Shown here piece by piece: positions 28,226 to 42,248 of a stretch of 64,000 nt of DNA (positions are counted from its first letter, which is position 1; every line of letters begins with the position of its first letter). Position numbers and translations under genes: made by a program. The notes beneath the pieces are model-generated. The model searched no databases. It was not told the origin of the DNA and was given only the letters and a program-made list of their open reading frames with translations. This DNA comes from Lama guanicoe (lineage: Eukaryota), in contig MU053911.1 in the NCBI GenBank assembly GCA_013239625.1, forward strand, positions 238,132-302,131. The letters run 5' to 3'.

Positions 28226-30189
28226 TCACTGCCCACTGGTGAGGAGCACCAGCAACAGGAGGACCAGGGACGAGCCTGCGGCCATAACACACAAGGCAGA
28301 GCTGCACCGCAAACCACAGGTCACGTTTGAGGGGCCCGAGGCCTGTCCCCCATCTTGAGTGGAAGACCTTTGTCTCCCACCAGCAGGGCGGGCCCCTGGG
28401 GCTCAGTGAGCACATTCTGAGCTGGGGGGGATGAAGGGGTCCTGGCCTGTGCCAGTGCCAGCTCACCAACCCAGTGTGCCTTGGTCCTGGAACCAGGCTT
28501 GGGAGCTGGCCAAAGACGCCAAGTTGGGCCTACCCTGGACACAGGCCCTATGGTTAGTGTGTGGTTCCTGCCTTCAACCCCAGTGTTCCTGGGACCATCT
28601 TGGTGAGGGAGGTGCTGAGAATCATTTAGCTTCCACTCCACAGCATCAGGAAAAGCCCATTTTGCTGGGCTGAGGCCTGTAGTCTTCTGCAGAATGCAGC
28701 AGTCGGCCTTAGGCACAATCATCAGGGAAGCCACAAGGGGCTTCCCTGCCTGCAGGAGTGGCCATTGGCCGTAAATGCCTTTTCTCAATGTGGTGGCCCT
28801 GTCCTCTGTCTCGGGTCTCAGAGCACATCACCTCCCGACATTTCTGGACCATCCTGACCGAGCTATAGTCCCTCCCCTGGGAGTTTTTCATCATCGATTG
28901 CCTTCACAGCAGCTGTTATAAGCCTGTGTGTTCATCCATTTATTCGGACATATTTGGAAAATGGAGCCCTCTTCTGTTCCAGGTGTTGTGTTGGGATCAT
29001 TTAATGAGCAGAACTGAGGCGTTCCCGATCCTGGGGCCTGCAGTGCAGGAGCGGAGGCAGACCACACACAGACTGACAGAGAAATAGGTTGCTCATTCTG
29101 AACTGAGGAAGGAGCCATGAAGGCACACGAGGGACTCTCCTTGAGAATAAAGAAGCACTAGCTGGACTGGGTGACGCTGAAAGCAGACACCAGAGTGGCA
29201 GGAAGGCACAAGCCACACAAAGAGCAGGGCTCCAACCTCTGGCTGAGGGAATGGCTCACACGGGGTCAAAGACAAAGATCTGGGGACTTCGAGGACAGCA
29301 CGGAAGCCAGTAAGGCCACTGTCGGGACTGGAGAGCAGGCTCTGGGGCCACTGCCTGGGTGCACACCGGGGTACCTACCACCTACTGTCTTAAACACCCC
29401 TCTGGCTGGTGCGTGAAGACTAGATTGAGAGGGCAGGAGAGGACCGGGGGGAGGGCAGCCAGGAGGACGCCCCAGGGCTGGGATGGGAGTGGGGAGCGGA
29501 AACAGAAGGCACAGGGAAGAACTGGGCAGCCTGAAGGTAAAAGCAGCATGAACCACGCACCAGCTGTAACAGGGAGTGAAAGAGGGAAACACAGCCCCCC
29601 ACACGTCCTACTGCAATCCTGTGAGCCAGATGGATTTTGGAATTCAGAATTTCTCAGATTTTCGACAGTAATACAGGCAGAAAGTGTGTAATCTGCACCA
29701 CCCCAGTATAACCTGGGGCAGGCAGCATCCTGCAACCAAACATACCAGTATTTAGGTAGTAAAATGTACCAGTCACGTTAAGTGAGTAAATAAAGAGCAT
29801 AAGTAGCTTCACATGCACGCAGCTCAGGTTTTGGTGCCAAATGAGCTGAGGTTCAAAGTACCACCAGAGGAGTGACCCAGCAACCTGCAGTTTCAGACTT
29901 CCCAAATGGAGACCAGGAGCCTAGGGTCTGTTTGACTGTTTGTCTCACTCCCTGGGATGCCGACTGTCCCAGCCAGGACCACCCTTCCAGGACCACTGGG
30001 ATTTGATAAACGGAGAGTTTTGCCTCAGACTACCCAGTGAGGAATTCTCACTGGCTGAGAGTAAATGGTTCCAACTTGGTGTATAGCATCTCTCCCCAGG
30101 CTCTTGCTGACTTCTGGGGATTTCTGTCATGTCTGGGGAGGTGGTGGCTTCCGCACCTCTGTCTGCACCCCCGTGCAGACCAGTCCTAC

Positions 30190-30438
30190 CTCTAGCAAAT
30201 GGCGGGCGGCCAGGTACTGCTGCTGCTGGGCCAGCACGCGGGCGCACACCAGGGCCACGTCCACGCTGTTCAGGAGGTGCAGGCGGAGCTGGCTGCTCAG
30301 CACCGCCGTGACCAAGGGCTGCGCCCGGGCGGGGTCGTCCTGGACCTCCCGGCACATCCTGCCTGTGAAGCTCACCAGCTCCGCCAGGGGCGGACCTGCG
30401 TCGCCCCTGCCACACAGCAGCTGCAGGAGGCGCTGCAT
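30190..30438 (-). CDS. ANHX: ANHX coding exon 1: MQRLLQLLCG...ARHLLE (exon begins at 30459)
   Basis: ATG at 30438, 83 codons, GTAGGA donor, upstream acceptor TGTTCGCAG; QPLVTA.L.SQLRLHLL...DVAL.CARVL matches recalled ANHX. Confidence 0.92.
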
Positions 30439-31779
30439 CCGGAGTCCGCTGGGGCCCCTCTGCGAACAACACAACGGTCATGACAAGGGCCCGCGATGAC
30501 CACAGGCTGACCACACAGCAATCCTCAGACCAGCTCTGCGAGGCCCCTCCTGCCGCAGGTGCTTGGAAGGCGGGGGTCAGGAGAGAAGGCGTGGCATCGC
30601 TGCCCCCCCCGAGTTGCCTCGTAGTCCCCACGACTGTCCAGCCCTTGGTTGTGCACCAGGTCCCAGCCCTGTGCTGACGCTGGGAGTTCGCCTCGCTCCT
30701 CTGAACCTTCCCTCTGTTCTGCTGCTGCCCCCTCCCCGTACCTCCTCCTCTCCACTTCCCCCACATCTCACGCACGTGGTCACTACGGTTCCTGTCGCTC
30801 CTCCTCTGCGTTCAGTGGGGGCGGGGCCCACCCGGGTCAGGTCATCAGATTTCCCCAGCATCTGCCAGAAGGGTGTCCAGGCCTCTCTAAACGGTGGCCG
30901 GGGTTGGGGGGGGGTGGAGGCGGTGCCCTGGGCCGGGGGCAGGGCAGAGGCCCTTCACGCTCCTGCGAAGGGGAGTCCAGGGGCGCAGCCCCGCGGCAGG
31001 ACCAGCAAAATGTGGTTTTAACTCTTGATTTTGAAAAAAAGTTTATATTTGAAAACCACGAAGATTTACAGGTTGTCCTCATCTGACAAATTAATAAAAG
31101 AAAGGAAAGGGGAGGAAAGGGAAGAAGGAAGGAGAGAAAGAGAGAAGGGGGTGGAGGGGGGTAATCTACACAAAGGAATGAACCCGCGCCAGCCCCCCTG
31201 GCCCAGCCCTGCTGGAGTTCCGGCCCCTCGCCCTCACATCGCTGCCGGCACCGAGCTTCCCCTTTGCCGGGTGAGGACGGAGGATGAGAGTGGAGGTACC
31301 TTGCCTCTGCCCGGAAGTGGGGCCCCAGGCAGGCTGACTTGTGTGTGCAAGGAGGGAACCCTGACATGTTACACTCAAAACCCCACTCTGCTGCGCCCCC
31401 TGCTCTGCCCTCCCACCCTCCACACAAACAGGTGAGCCACGCCGAGCTGGACTGAAGGCGTTTTAACAGCAGAGAGCGCTTGTTTCTGGCAGTACTTAAT
31501 GTGGCCAGCACCGCAGAGGCAATTCCTGGTCTCCGCCCGGTCCTGCAAAGTACCCCACGACAGGAGGGGCGGCAGCCTGCAGCAACGCCTCCCCAGCCCT
31601 GGACGTTCAGACAGTAAGCCAGGGACCGCTTTTTCCAGGATAACTTTCAGACCTGTGTTCACAACTGCCCCTACTTCTATGGAACAGACGCCTGGAAGCG
31701 AGGTTAAAGGGTGCGATCTGAGGAGACGCTGCCAAACCGCTCTCCACACAGGCTGTGAGAATCCGCAGAGAACAGCCGG

Positions 31780-33000
31780 GCTCCTGGCGGAGGGTCTGCG
31801 CTGTTTCCAGCCCTCTCCGCCCCACACTGCTTCCAGGGGCGCCCGCCGGGGGTGGGGACTCCCGTCTATGCCACCTTTTCCCAGCCTTAGCGCCCTGTCA
31901 CCAGCTCCTGATACAGGGCCTCACGTTTCTTCCGGTCATGACTGGCAGGAGGCGAGGGACCGTGGTTTCCTCCCGTGCCAACCCCACCTCCACGCCTGGC
32001 TCCGGGAAGGGCAGGAAAGAGGCCAAGGACGGGGCGCATAAGGACGGGACTCTGGAGTTCTGGAAGTAGTGCCGGGGCGCACTGTGAACACGCAGGGGAT
32101 CCGGCCCAGTGGGGGCGGGGGGCGCGGGGCAGGCGGCTCTGCTGTGCGTCCTGCCTGGTCACCCTCTGCTTGGCCCTGGCTCTGCGCCCCCGGTACTGTG
32201 CTCCCCGCGCGGGCTGAGATGCCTGCCCCAGAGGCCCACCCGGGACCCAGACTCAGTCACCCCCACCCAGACGCCTCCCAAATTCACTCACCTTCACCCA
32301 GATGCCTCCGGCTCACCCCAGCCCGGAACTGGCTCCCGGCTTCTGCGCTCGGCGCGCACACGTGCTCTGCCCGCACCTGCCCGCACCGCCTTGGAGGCGC
32401 CGGAAAAGGAACGGTCGCTACAAAGTGTCGAGGCTTCTCCCAATCCGGGCAAGCGCCCCGCCCAACGACCCGGGCCTGTGCCCTGCGCCCCCGTCCGGGG
32501 GCCTGGGGATCCGCCTGGGTTTGGGGTGGGGGTGGGGATTCTGCTCGTTCTCCATGAGCTGCTGGCGTCTCGGGGTCTGAAGGTTCCAGAGTGTGTGGAA
32601 GGAGAGGCTCCGGGGTCCTGGAGTCATGGGCTAGGGTGGAGGAGGGGGCGCCACGACCCCCACCCGCTGCAGCAGGAGGAAGCTGTGACCCTGGACTAAC
32701 CCCATGCCTCCGCCCTGGTGCACTGCAGAGCTAAAGCCCGGCCAGGGTCGAGATCCACACGCCGCAGCCTGTACCCCGCGGGAAGGGGTGCCTTCAAGGA
32801 GACCTGGTCGTAGCAAAGGCCACTGCGAATCCTACCCCCTGCAGAATTCTGGGCACATAGCTCCACGCTCTGGGGAGAGGCCTTTGTGATTGTGGGTCTG
32901 GGTCCTCGCCAACCCTGGTCAGATACGCAGGGGAAACGACGGACCTGCCGTCGCCCTGGCTCGGACACGGTCTGGCCTCTCCCCTGTGCCGTTGACAGTT
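31780..33000 (-). promoter_or_regulatory. CpG island, probable ANHX promoter and non-coding first exon
   Basis: Dense CpG, GC boxes, CCAAT near 32440; minus-strand donor AAG|GTGAGT with exon end at 32292, about 1.8 kb upstream of coding exon 1. Confidence 0.65.
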
Positions 33001-35122
33001 TTGTGAGTTGTTGCGCACAGCAAGCTGGAAGGGGCTCTAGACATAAGACAAAGAGGACTTCAAGTTGGTTTTGAAGGGGTGGGCAGGGTCAAAATTCTCT
33101 GACGCCAAACGGCAGACTGAGAAACATTTTGGCGTTTGTTCACGTGAAAATCTGGGAAGAATCCAAGCGTCTGGTGGAAGATTTGCTAAATAAATCACAC
33201 TAAAGAAAGTGGACAGGCTCCTGGAAGGTAATCCGTCATTGTGCCGAGGAAGAATGCTATCAACCCAACTAGTGATCGCGATATTTTGTGCAAGAAAAAC
33301 TGCGTGTTGCAAACCAGTGTGTGATACGAGCCCATTTGAAAAGTACAGACATAAAATGATACATGCCACATTGTTAAACTGGTTGCCACCGGTTCACAAA
33401 ATTACTATTTTGTTTTATTATTTTTACTTGGCTTTTTAATTTTCTTCTTTTTGCTTATCCATGTTTTATAACTTTTATAAAATGATCATCTTTTGCTTTT
33501 CTCTTTTTAAGCTTCTTTTCAAGAAGTGAAAGAAAAATTAGAGACAAGCGGGTTGGGGGAAGCAATCCCCACCGACCAAGGATACTGACGCAGAAGCAAC
33601 CCTGACTCGGGCAAACGGGAGATGAGCGGTCGGACGCGGCAACCCCTCCTGTAGTGGGAAGGCAGCCGCAGCCCTCTCTCTAGGACGGGCTAGGTGCTCA
33701 GTGACAACACTCCCGATTCCTCTCCACCCAAAAACCACCAATGAGTTTCACCCGTCAGTGGGGCCCAACGTGTCCACGTAGCTACCGTATTAAATTAAAT
33801 TTAAATGTATTTCAAGAAATTTTATGATTCTAATTTACTGTTATCAGTTACCTTCTTTGGTTACCATTGACTGAACACTCAGTACATCCCAGGTAAGATG
33901 TTATGGTTTACACCCGTCTTCTTTGAGGCTCCCAAAGCCCCTCCAAGAGAGAGTTAGGTCCCTTTTTCATGTTACTAATAAGGAAATAGGTCCGGTGAAT
34001 TTTACAACACTTTCTGGAAGCCCTCCACCAATAAGGGTCCTCCTTTAACTGTCAGGCTCAAAAGCACACATTTTAACTTAAGCACATAACAATTTTAAGT
34101 ATCCTAAATCAGGGTAAACTCCTCATAAGCTTCATTTTTAATAGAGGCCTGCTCTTCCAGCAAAAGGTAGGCCAAAATGTGATTCTCCAACATGCACTGA
34201 AAATAGAGGTGGCCTCTCTCCTCTTCTCCTGGGCTGTCGAGTCTAAAATGCAGCCCTTACCGCCTAATGCATTCTAGTACATACTTCCTTACTAGCTCCA
34301 GATTTTCTGTTCTCTTCTGGACCCAGGCTACCTGAGGTGGATTCCCAGTTCGATTACTTACAGCTGTGTGATTTTGGACAAGTTACTGACCCCCTCTGTA
34401 CTTTCTCTCCTCCTGGGTAGCTTATTATTTGTAATCATAACAGGACCGCTTTCCTCATTGCATTGAGATAATTAAGTGCATCAATACTCAACATGTGCTA
34501 CGTCCATCATTTCCTTACCTACGCTGTTTATTTTTAAGACATTCAAAACCTGGCAAGGTAACCCCCCCCTCTCAGAAATTTCCTGGTGATTCGTGAACTT
34601 TCCCCATAATGATTAACTGAACACATTTAAAAAAAAAAATCCCGGATCCACAGGAGGCTGGAAGGCCATTTAGATCAGCCTCCTCAGAACGTCTACCTCA
34701 CCCTGAACCCCTCTTTGCCCTCCAGGAAGTTGCCTCCTCCCCAGGGGTTCCCCTCAGGGAGTTCCTGCCCAACTCCCACTGCCCCACGAAGCCTTCTCGA
34801 AGGCTCCAGGGTTAAGTACCTCTTGGGAGACTCATCAGATCTGCTGAATGTCTGTCTGCGTATTAGGGGCGCTGGTGGCTGTTGGAGACCAGTGCTCTGG
34901 CCCCTCTGTTGGGTTCACAGAACTACAGGTAGATAGATGCCTGATGGAAAAAAGAGGCAGAGTATCTGACGTCTGGGGCAGGTTGCTGTGAGGAACAGGA
35001 GGAGCAAAAACAGGAGCTTGAGAGAGTGACTCAGCTGTCCTCCCTCCCTCCCTCCCTCCCTTGGAAGACAGCAGATGCAGCTGGGGCCGGAAGCAGGAAA
35101 ACCTCCCCACCCACGTACTGAC

Positions 35123-35214
35123 CCAGAGGCACCAGGAATGCTCCATGTTTTTGCTGTGCCCGAGGCAGCTCAGGCTGACAGCCGCAGAGGAGGGTTGGAC
35201 CCTGTTCTTTTATA
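35123..35214 (-). promoter_or_regulatory. Candidate TATA promoter and alternative first exon of ANHX
   Basis: TATAAAAG at 35214-35207, AAAACATGG at 35146, TGG|GTCAGT donor at 35123. Confidence 0.35.
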
Positions 35215-36369
35215 AGCCCAGATGAGTTGTACCTCCAGCTGAAGGTCTTCCAGGGGGCCCAAGCCATGCATTGCCCCCACCCTGGGCCCGGTCCAGGTCC
35301 CTGCCCAGGGCGTGCCTCCTTCATCACCCTGGGTTCCAGGTTCACTACTCAGGGCAGCAACCCAGCAGGTGGTGCCCAACACTCCCTGGAGTCTTTATCA
35401 GTAAGGTCCAGGCCAGAGTCCTGCATCTTCCAAATAAGGCTGGGATTAGGGAGAGGCAAGCGAGGAATCACAAAACAAACCATCAAGATAAGTCATATTT
35501 TAATACAGTATTTTTGAAAAAGATCAATTATTTTTGCCAGAGAATCTATGATGAAGAAAACATTGAAAACATTTTTTGAAGATGAGCATTACTGGTTTTC
35601 CCTTTTGCTTCAGGCTCAAAGGTGCCTGGGCCGTGATGCTGTGGCCAAGCAAGGCCCCTTTGCCTGCTACAAACCTTTGCCTCCGCTGGTAGTTCAGGGC
35701 GAGGTGGGGTCAGGGGCTCGGAGCCCAGGGCTGTTTACTGAGCACACAAGACTCTCTGAAGTGGGTAATTGGCCATCATTTCCAAATGACAAGATTCTTG
35801 AAATATTTGTTACTCATAACATTTTTGCTTACAAGTTTTAGCATTCATTGATAATTCCTGCCTGAAACAGTCCTCACTGTAGTGGCTGCCAAGTAACAAT
35901 CTTTCCAATTTCATCATTTCTTCTACATTTACCAGCTGGAATTCCACGGTCATAGTTTTTCTCCTGCCTCCTCTGTTATTTCAGTGCATCTTACTTCTAT
36001 TTACCTTTCTGTTCTGTGTGGTTCTTTGTTCTTTCAAATAACTTACTTCATAATTTAGGAGGCTTCCTAATTTTGTTCCAGCTGTTACTTTTGTATTGTC
36101 CTGAATCCCACATTTCTCCATCTTTTATTATCAGCCAGTCAGTTAAAGGGGTTCCCCATTAATACTAGGGGTTCCTCCTAGTATTAATGGCAATCTCTTA
36201 CTGCTCCCTCTTGCCTGTTCCCATGCTGACTCATAGCTTTACTACTTTACCAGAAATTCTTTATATAGCATTCTTCCCTCCTGGCTCAACCCTCATAGTC
36301 TTAGATATGAAATTAAATATATTAAATGCTAACAACGAGCCCTTTAGCTAGGTAAAGCTCAGCCTCTGA

Positions 36370-38750
36370 TATAGTCCTGAGAAAATTAATTTTTGTATGT
36401 GGTGAAAGTACAGATCAAGACTTTTAATTTTTCTTGCAGACGTGCAAGTTCAGCACCATTAAAAAAAAATACTGTCACCTTTCCAATGAGCTATTTTTCT
36501 AACTTTGATAGAAACTGACTATAGAGTATTTTTTTTTCAGGACTCTAATCTGTATGTCCCTCCTTTCACGAAACTAGTGTCATAGCTACTGAAGCTGATG
36601 GTTAGGCCTTGAAATAAAATGGTGTGTCTTGCAATTTTGTTTCCCCTGTTCAACACTGTATTTAGTTCTTTCGCTGTTCCACGTAAATCTCAGTATCGTA
36701 CTTGTCAACTTTTACAGCAAATGCTCCTGGGAATTTGACTGGAATGGGATAGAGTCTATAGATCCGCGTGGGGAACACTTGACGCTGTAACAGCACTGAA
36801 CCTCCCACTCCACCAACGCAGCACGTTCGCCCGTTGTCCTGGCCATCGCCTCCTCTTCTGCATTGTTCTCAGCATATAGTTCACTTGACTTCATTCCATG
36901 GGTCTTTGTGGTACTATCATAAATAGTAGTCCATTTTAATCAAATTTCCAGTTGTCTATTGCAAGTAGGTAAAAATACAACTGTTTTTGAATATTGATTT
37001 TATATTCTAGATTTCTAAACTGACGTGTATTATGGCGGCTTTTTTTTTTCTGGTAAAGTTTCTTAAAAGTTTCAGTGAAGGCAATCATGCTGTCTCTGAA
37101 TAAAGTTGTTCTTGCCTTCCAATCTGTATCTTTTCAACCTCTTTTTCTTGCCTTATGCAGTCAGCTAGACCTTGCACTACAATGTTGAATTGGAGTGGTA
37201 ACAGGGAGCATCTTTGATTTGTTCTCAATCTTGGGGGAGCTATTCAGCTTTTCTCCATTATGACACTAACTATAGACATTTTCCAGATGTGCTTTATTAG
37301 TCTGAGGAAGCTACTTCCTACCCCTGGTTGAATACTGAATCCACCTCAGCTTTGCAGTCCCAAGATAAACTCGTTTGCCTTCATGTATTACGCCTTTTAT
37401 ATACTGGTGAATTAAATTAACTAGCATTTTATTTAGGATTTTTACCTCTATGTTTATGAGGAACATTTGTAAGCTTTTTGATAACATCGGGGTTTTTTAA
37501 ATTTTATTTTACTGAGTTTAGTCAGTTTACAATGTTGTGTCCGTTTCCAGTGTAGAGCACAATTTTTCAGTCATACACGAACACACATATATTCATTGTC
37601 GCATTCTTTTTCACCGTGGGCCACCACAAGATCTTGTATATATTTCCCTGTGCTACACAGTATAATCCTGTTTATCTATTCTATATATGCCTGTCAGTAT
37701 CACATCTTTTAAAAACAATCAGTGTAACACAGACTTCCTAATATGAGTGAAGAAGCACCTGTCACCTATTTTCTGAGTTTGTATAGAACTGGTATTTTCT
37801 TTCTTTCTTAAAAGTTCACGGAAATCATCAGTGAGATGATCTGAGCCTGGATTTTTTTCTTGTTGGGAGATTTTTAACTGTGAATTTAATTTCTTTAATA
37901 ACTGTAGCAACTTTCAGGTTACCTATCTCTTCTTGAGTGAGCTTTGCTAGTTGGTTTCTTTCACGAATTTAGTCCATTTCATCTAAGCTGTCAAATCTGT
38001 GCTCTTTATTCCTTTCCACTCTTTGTTCCATTGGTTTCTAGTCTTTTTATTTCACTCCTGTTTACACTGGGCTTATTTTACTCTTTTTCCTAGTTTCTTA
38101 AGGTAGGAGTTTAAATTATTGATGTGAGACCTTCATTCTTTTTTAATATAAGCATTTTAGTGCTATGAATTTCCCTTGAAGCACTGATTTTTCTGCATCT
38201 CAGAAATTTTGGTCTGTTGTATTTTAATTTGCATGTTTTACAGAATAATACTTTAAGATATTTTCCATATGTCTCTTGAAATTTCTCAGACCCATGAATT
38301 ATTTGGAATTGGGTTGCTTAATTTCCAAGTGTTTCAAGATTTTCCTGTTCTTTTTACAATTGAGTCTTGTTAAACTGCATTATAGTCTCAACACATTTTG
38401 TACAATTTCAATTATTTAAAAATTTTTAAGATTAGTGGGCCAGGACATGAACTATTGGCGAATGCCTCGCATGCAGTGGAAAACAATGTTTTCTGCTGTT
38501 GGCTGTTCTAGACGTGTCCACCAGGTCTAGTTTGCCGATGATATTATTCAGCCCTTCCATAGCCTTGCGGAGTTTGGTCTCTTAAGTCATGTTACCAAGA
38601 AATAAACACTGAAGTGTCCACCTAAATTGGTAGAGTGTATTTCTCCCTTCAGCTGTGTCTTTGCATGACCTTGAGGCTTTGCTGTTACGCGCATGCCCAC
38701 TTAAGGCTGTCTTTGGTGAAACACTGCTTTTATCATTATTCACATTCCTG
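36370..38750 (-). mobile_element. Old L1 ORF2 fragments with a younger L1 3' piece at about 37495-37700
   Basis: Antisense L1 text (acaatgttgaattggagtggtaacagggagcatc, ccatttcatctaagctgtcaaat). Confidence 0.7.
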
Positions 38751-39122
38751 ATCATTTTGGGGGTTTTTTTGTTTGTTTAACTTTTTTATTGAGTTACAGT
38801 CATTTTACAATGTTCTGACCATTTTCTTTGCTCTGATTATACATTTACTTCTAGAAAAGGGAACATATGTTCTAATGTCAGCTCTCAGGCTGGGAGACAG
38901 GGTGGGGCCGAATCAATCTGATCTGTATTTCAGCTGTCTGAGCTTTGTCGCAACTTCTGATTGATTTAGCACAAAACTGCCTTCAGACGTTTGGAGGGCA
39001 GGATGTCTTCCTCAGCACAGCCTGACTGAGCACGAAGGAACTGTAGGGATGCACCTGTGCTCAAGGCCAAGCCGCAAGCTCTCGGAGCCGTGTGAAACAT
39101 CTTGCCTTACAGCCTGTAGTTT

Positions 39123-39404
39123 TTTGTTGTTGTTGAGATTTTAAACATTTTTTACTGAGTTATAGTCATTTTACAACGTTGTATCAAACTCCAGTGTAGA
39201 GCACAATTTTTCAGTTATACACGAACATACATATATTGTCACATTTTTCTTGCTATGAGCTACCACAAGATCTTGTATATCTTTCCCTGTGCTGTACAGT
39301 ATAATCTTGTTTATCTATTCTACATTTTGAAGTCCCAGTCTGTCCCTTCCCACCCCACCCCCCGCCCCCTTGGCAACCACAAGTTTGTGTTCTATGCCTA
39401 TGAG
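39123..39404 (-). mobile_element. Young 5'-truncated L1 with perfect 16-bp TSD
   Basis: TTACAGCCTGTAGTTT at 39107-39122 and 39405-39420; body is the reverse complement of the young L1 3' UTR. Confidence 0.9.
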
Positions 39405-42248
39405 TTACAGCCTGTAGTTTAAACATCTGCCTGTAGTTTATGTTGGTTTTTCTAAATGAAAATCTTACCTACAAAAAAATAGGACTTTAGTTTCTGTCCC
39501 AACCCCCAATTCCTGACAACTTTTTGTTCTCACACATTGGCCAGAACTGCCATTACACTGCTCAATAAAAGTCATGCGCATTCTTTAATTTTCTTAATTT
39601 CATGGTATGTATCTGTTTTACCACTAACAAGAAATTTGACCATTTTTTAAACATACCCCCTACAAAGTTAAAGGAGTTACTTTCTATTTCCAACTTAATA
39701 TTTAAAATCATCCATGGGTATTACAGTCCATCAAATGATTTACCTACACATAGTGAGACACTCATATAGCTTTCTTCTGGTATAGTGGTTAATTTTACAT
39801 AAAGAATTTCTAATTCAATCTTTCAAACATCCTAATATGTCTCGACTAGGATCAGATTCCGCTTCACACGACAGAACCAAATCTCCTCCCGACCAAAACG
39901 AACAATGCCTTGAAAAGATCGCTCATGTCTCTTTTGTGTAAGAAGGTGCCCAGATTTGGTCGTCTGGGGCTGGCTCAGCCACACCATTATCACCAGAGAG
40001 CCCAGACATTATTTCTCTACTCAACTCTAGCAGATGGCTTCCATCCTCAAGAATTTTAAGATGGTTTTACAATGGCTACTGAGTCTCCAAACGTCTGGTG
40101 TGTTGCACGTTAAAAAGAGCAAAGATGAAAGGACACTGGGCGAGCTCTCCCTAGCTGTATGTTTTTTCCTTCTGAAGAACATTCCCATTACACCCTCTCA
40201 GCAACTTCTATTTCCATTTCATTACTCAGAATTTATAGCATGATCACACTCAACTACAACAAAGATGCAGAAATGCAGCTTTTTAGCTGGGCACACAGAC
40301 ATCATGAAAATTGCAGCGATCCCATTAGTCATGAAGAAACACTGGGTTCACTACTAGTGATCTGCTACACATCATGACTTTAAAAAATAAAAACTCTACA
40401 TTATTAGATACATTTTTGCAGTAAGTCCAGTTAGGATTTTTAAATATATGTTCACAAATGACTTCATCATTTTTTTCCAAAATGTCTTATTTTCTGTGAA
40501 ATACTGTAAAATGTTAGAATTAGCTTTCCTGAAAATTATCAACTACTACTGAAAATCTCTGGAACCTCTTTCTCTTCTGGGGCTGGGGCAGAGTTGGAGG
40601 AACAAGGTAGATTTTCAAGCCAGAGATTGTTTTTAACTTTTCTATTTTGTTTACTTGCTACAGATCTATTCATTTCTGTTAAGTTTCATTTATCTGGTAA
40701 CTTTTCCATTTCATTTAAGATCAGACACAATGGGGCATTATCCATTCACACAGTATTTGACTTATACCTTCAACATTATGCTAACATCTCTGGCTTCTAG
40801 TGGGCAAGGCTGCAGGTGGGTCTGCATCATGCAATACAGCAAGCTTTAAACTAACTGGCTCTGGGAAGAGGAAACACAGTACGTGTGCATTCTTTCTTTA
40901 ATATGTGTATGTATCTTCCTTGGGATATCAATACATGGGCAACATACACAATATTTTCCAGGTTTAACTGTACCAAGTATCTGAAACTCTTTGCTTATGC
41001 AAGACTCTTCTTCCCTTCTGTGAATCAACATTCTCCACTCCCGGTGTCTTGACTTTGGGTCCTGCATTATGAGCTGAGCACACAAGGATCAGGCATTCAG
41101 AAAATCATTAAGTACATCCTTCAAGAAAGAAAGCTGCTATGGGTAAGAGACGGGATTCCCTGCTGAAGTGAAGAGCACAAAGCAGTGGGTGTTTCAGAAA
41201 TACCTGGAGTTGTGAATCCTCGTATCCCTCCAAGGTAGCCCTAGCCCACTTTCCAGGGTCCCAGCTCTTTCCAGACTACTGCTCATGCACATAAGGTAGC
41301 TGGTGGGATTGTGAAAAAACACCGACTCTCTACGTAAGCAATCAGCAGAATGACTTCCCACCACCCTGTCTACAGCTACAGGTGCACATCGCAGGAGCAC
41401 CACTCAATGTACTGAGAGGCCACCAGGTACCTCAAAGTGAAAGAGAGGTGAACCAGGATTAAAAAGTGACAGCAACGGAAGCTACTCTGGGTAATCTCCA
41501 CAGAAGGAATGAATTGAGAACTGCAGCAAGATGCCACCAGAGAACAAAAGCTAAGCTTGCTGTTCTGTACGGAGGCGGTCCATTAAAAACGTAAATCCTG
41601 GAGCATCTCGGCCAGCGCTGGGCCACGTGGGTGAGGGTCCCGTCGTGACTGCACGCGCTGCGGACTCTCCTGATGAAAACCACGGTGTTCTCACCAGCGA
41701 CGACAGAACAGATTCCAGCACACAGCCACATAAAGCAGGCACTACACTGATTATGTAACTGAAGAGGTAGTTGCCAGGCCCACTTACAAAGGGCACAAAG
41801 TAACAGGAAAGCCTGCAAGTGTTGAGATGCATTTTTACTGCCATACTGTTATAGTAACAGGCTGTATTTCTTAATAAGAATGCTGCTGTCCAGAGTAGAG
41901 ATACCTGAGAAGCGGTACTGTTACCTGGCAAATTTCTCTATCAAATGTGGCGTTCACAAGCAACATGCCAAACTACACGAAACATATTCTATAGTACAGA
42001 GAGGAACAGAACACCTGAGCATCCCTGTAGGTCTTACAATGCAGTCCTTACTGTTACCCTGATTATTACATTTATTTACACACTTTCAAAAATCTTTATG
42101 TTCTGTTATGAACATGCCTATCACTGATACTTGAATATTTTCTCCAATCTTTTCCTAAAAGTTTGAAACATCTGGAACATAGTTTCCCTTACTTGTAAAG
42201 GAATGAATCAAAGTAATAGTGATATAACCTTCCTGCTGAGAATCTACC

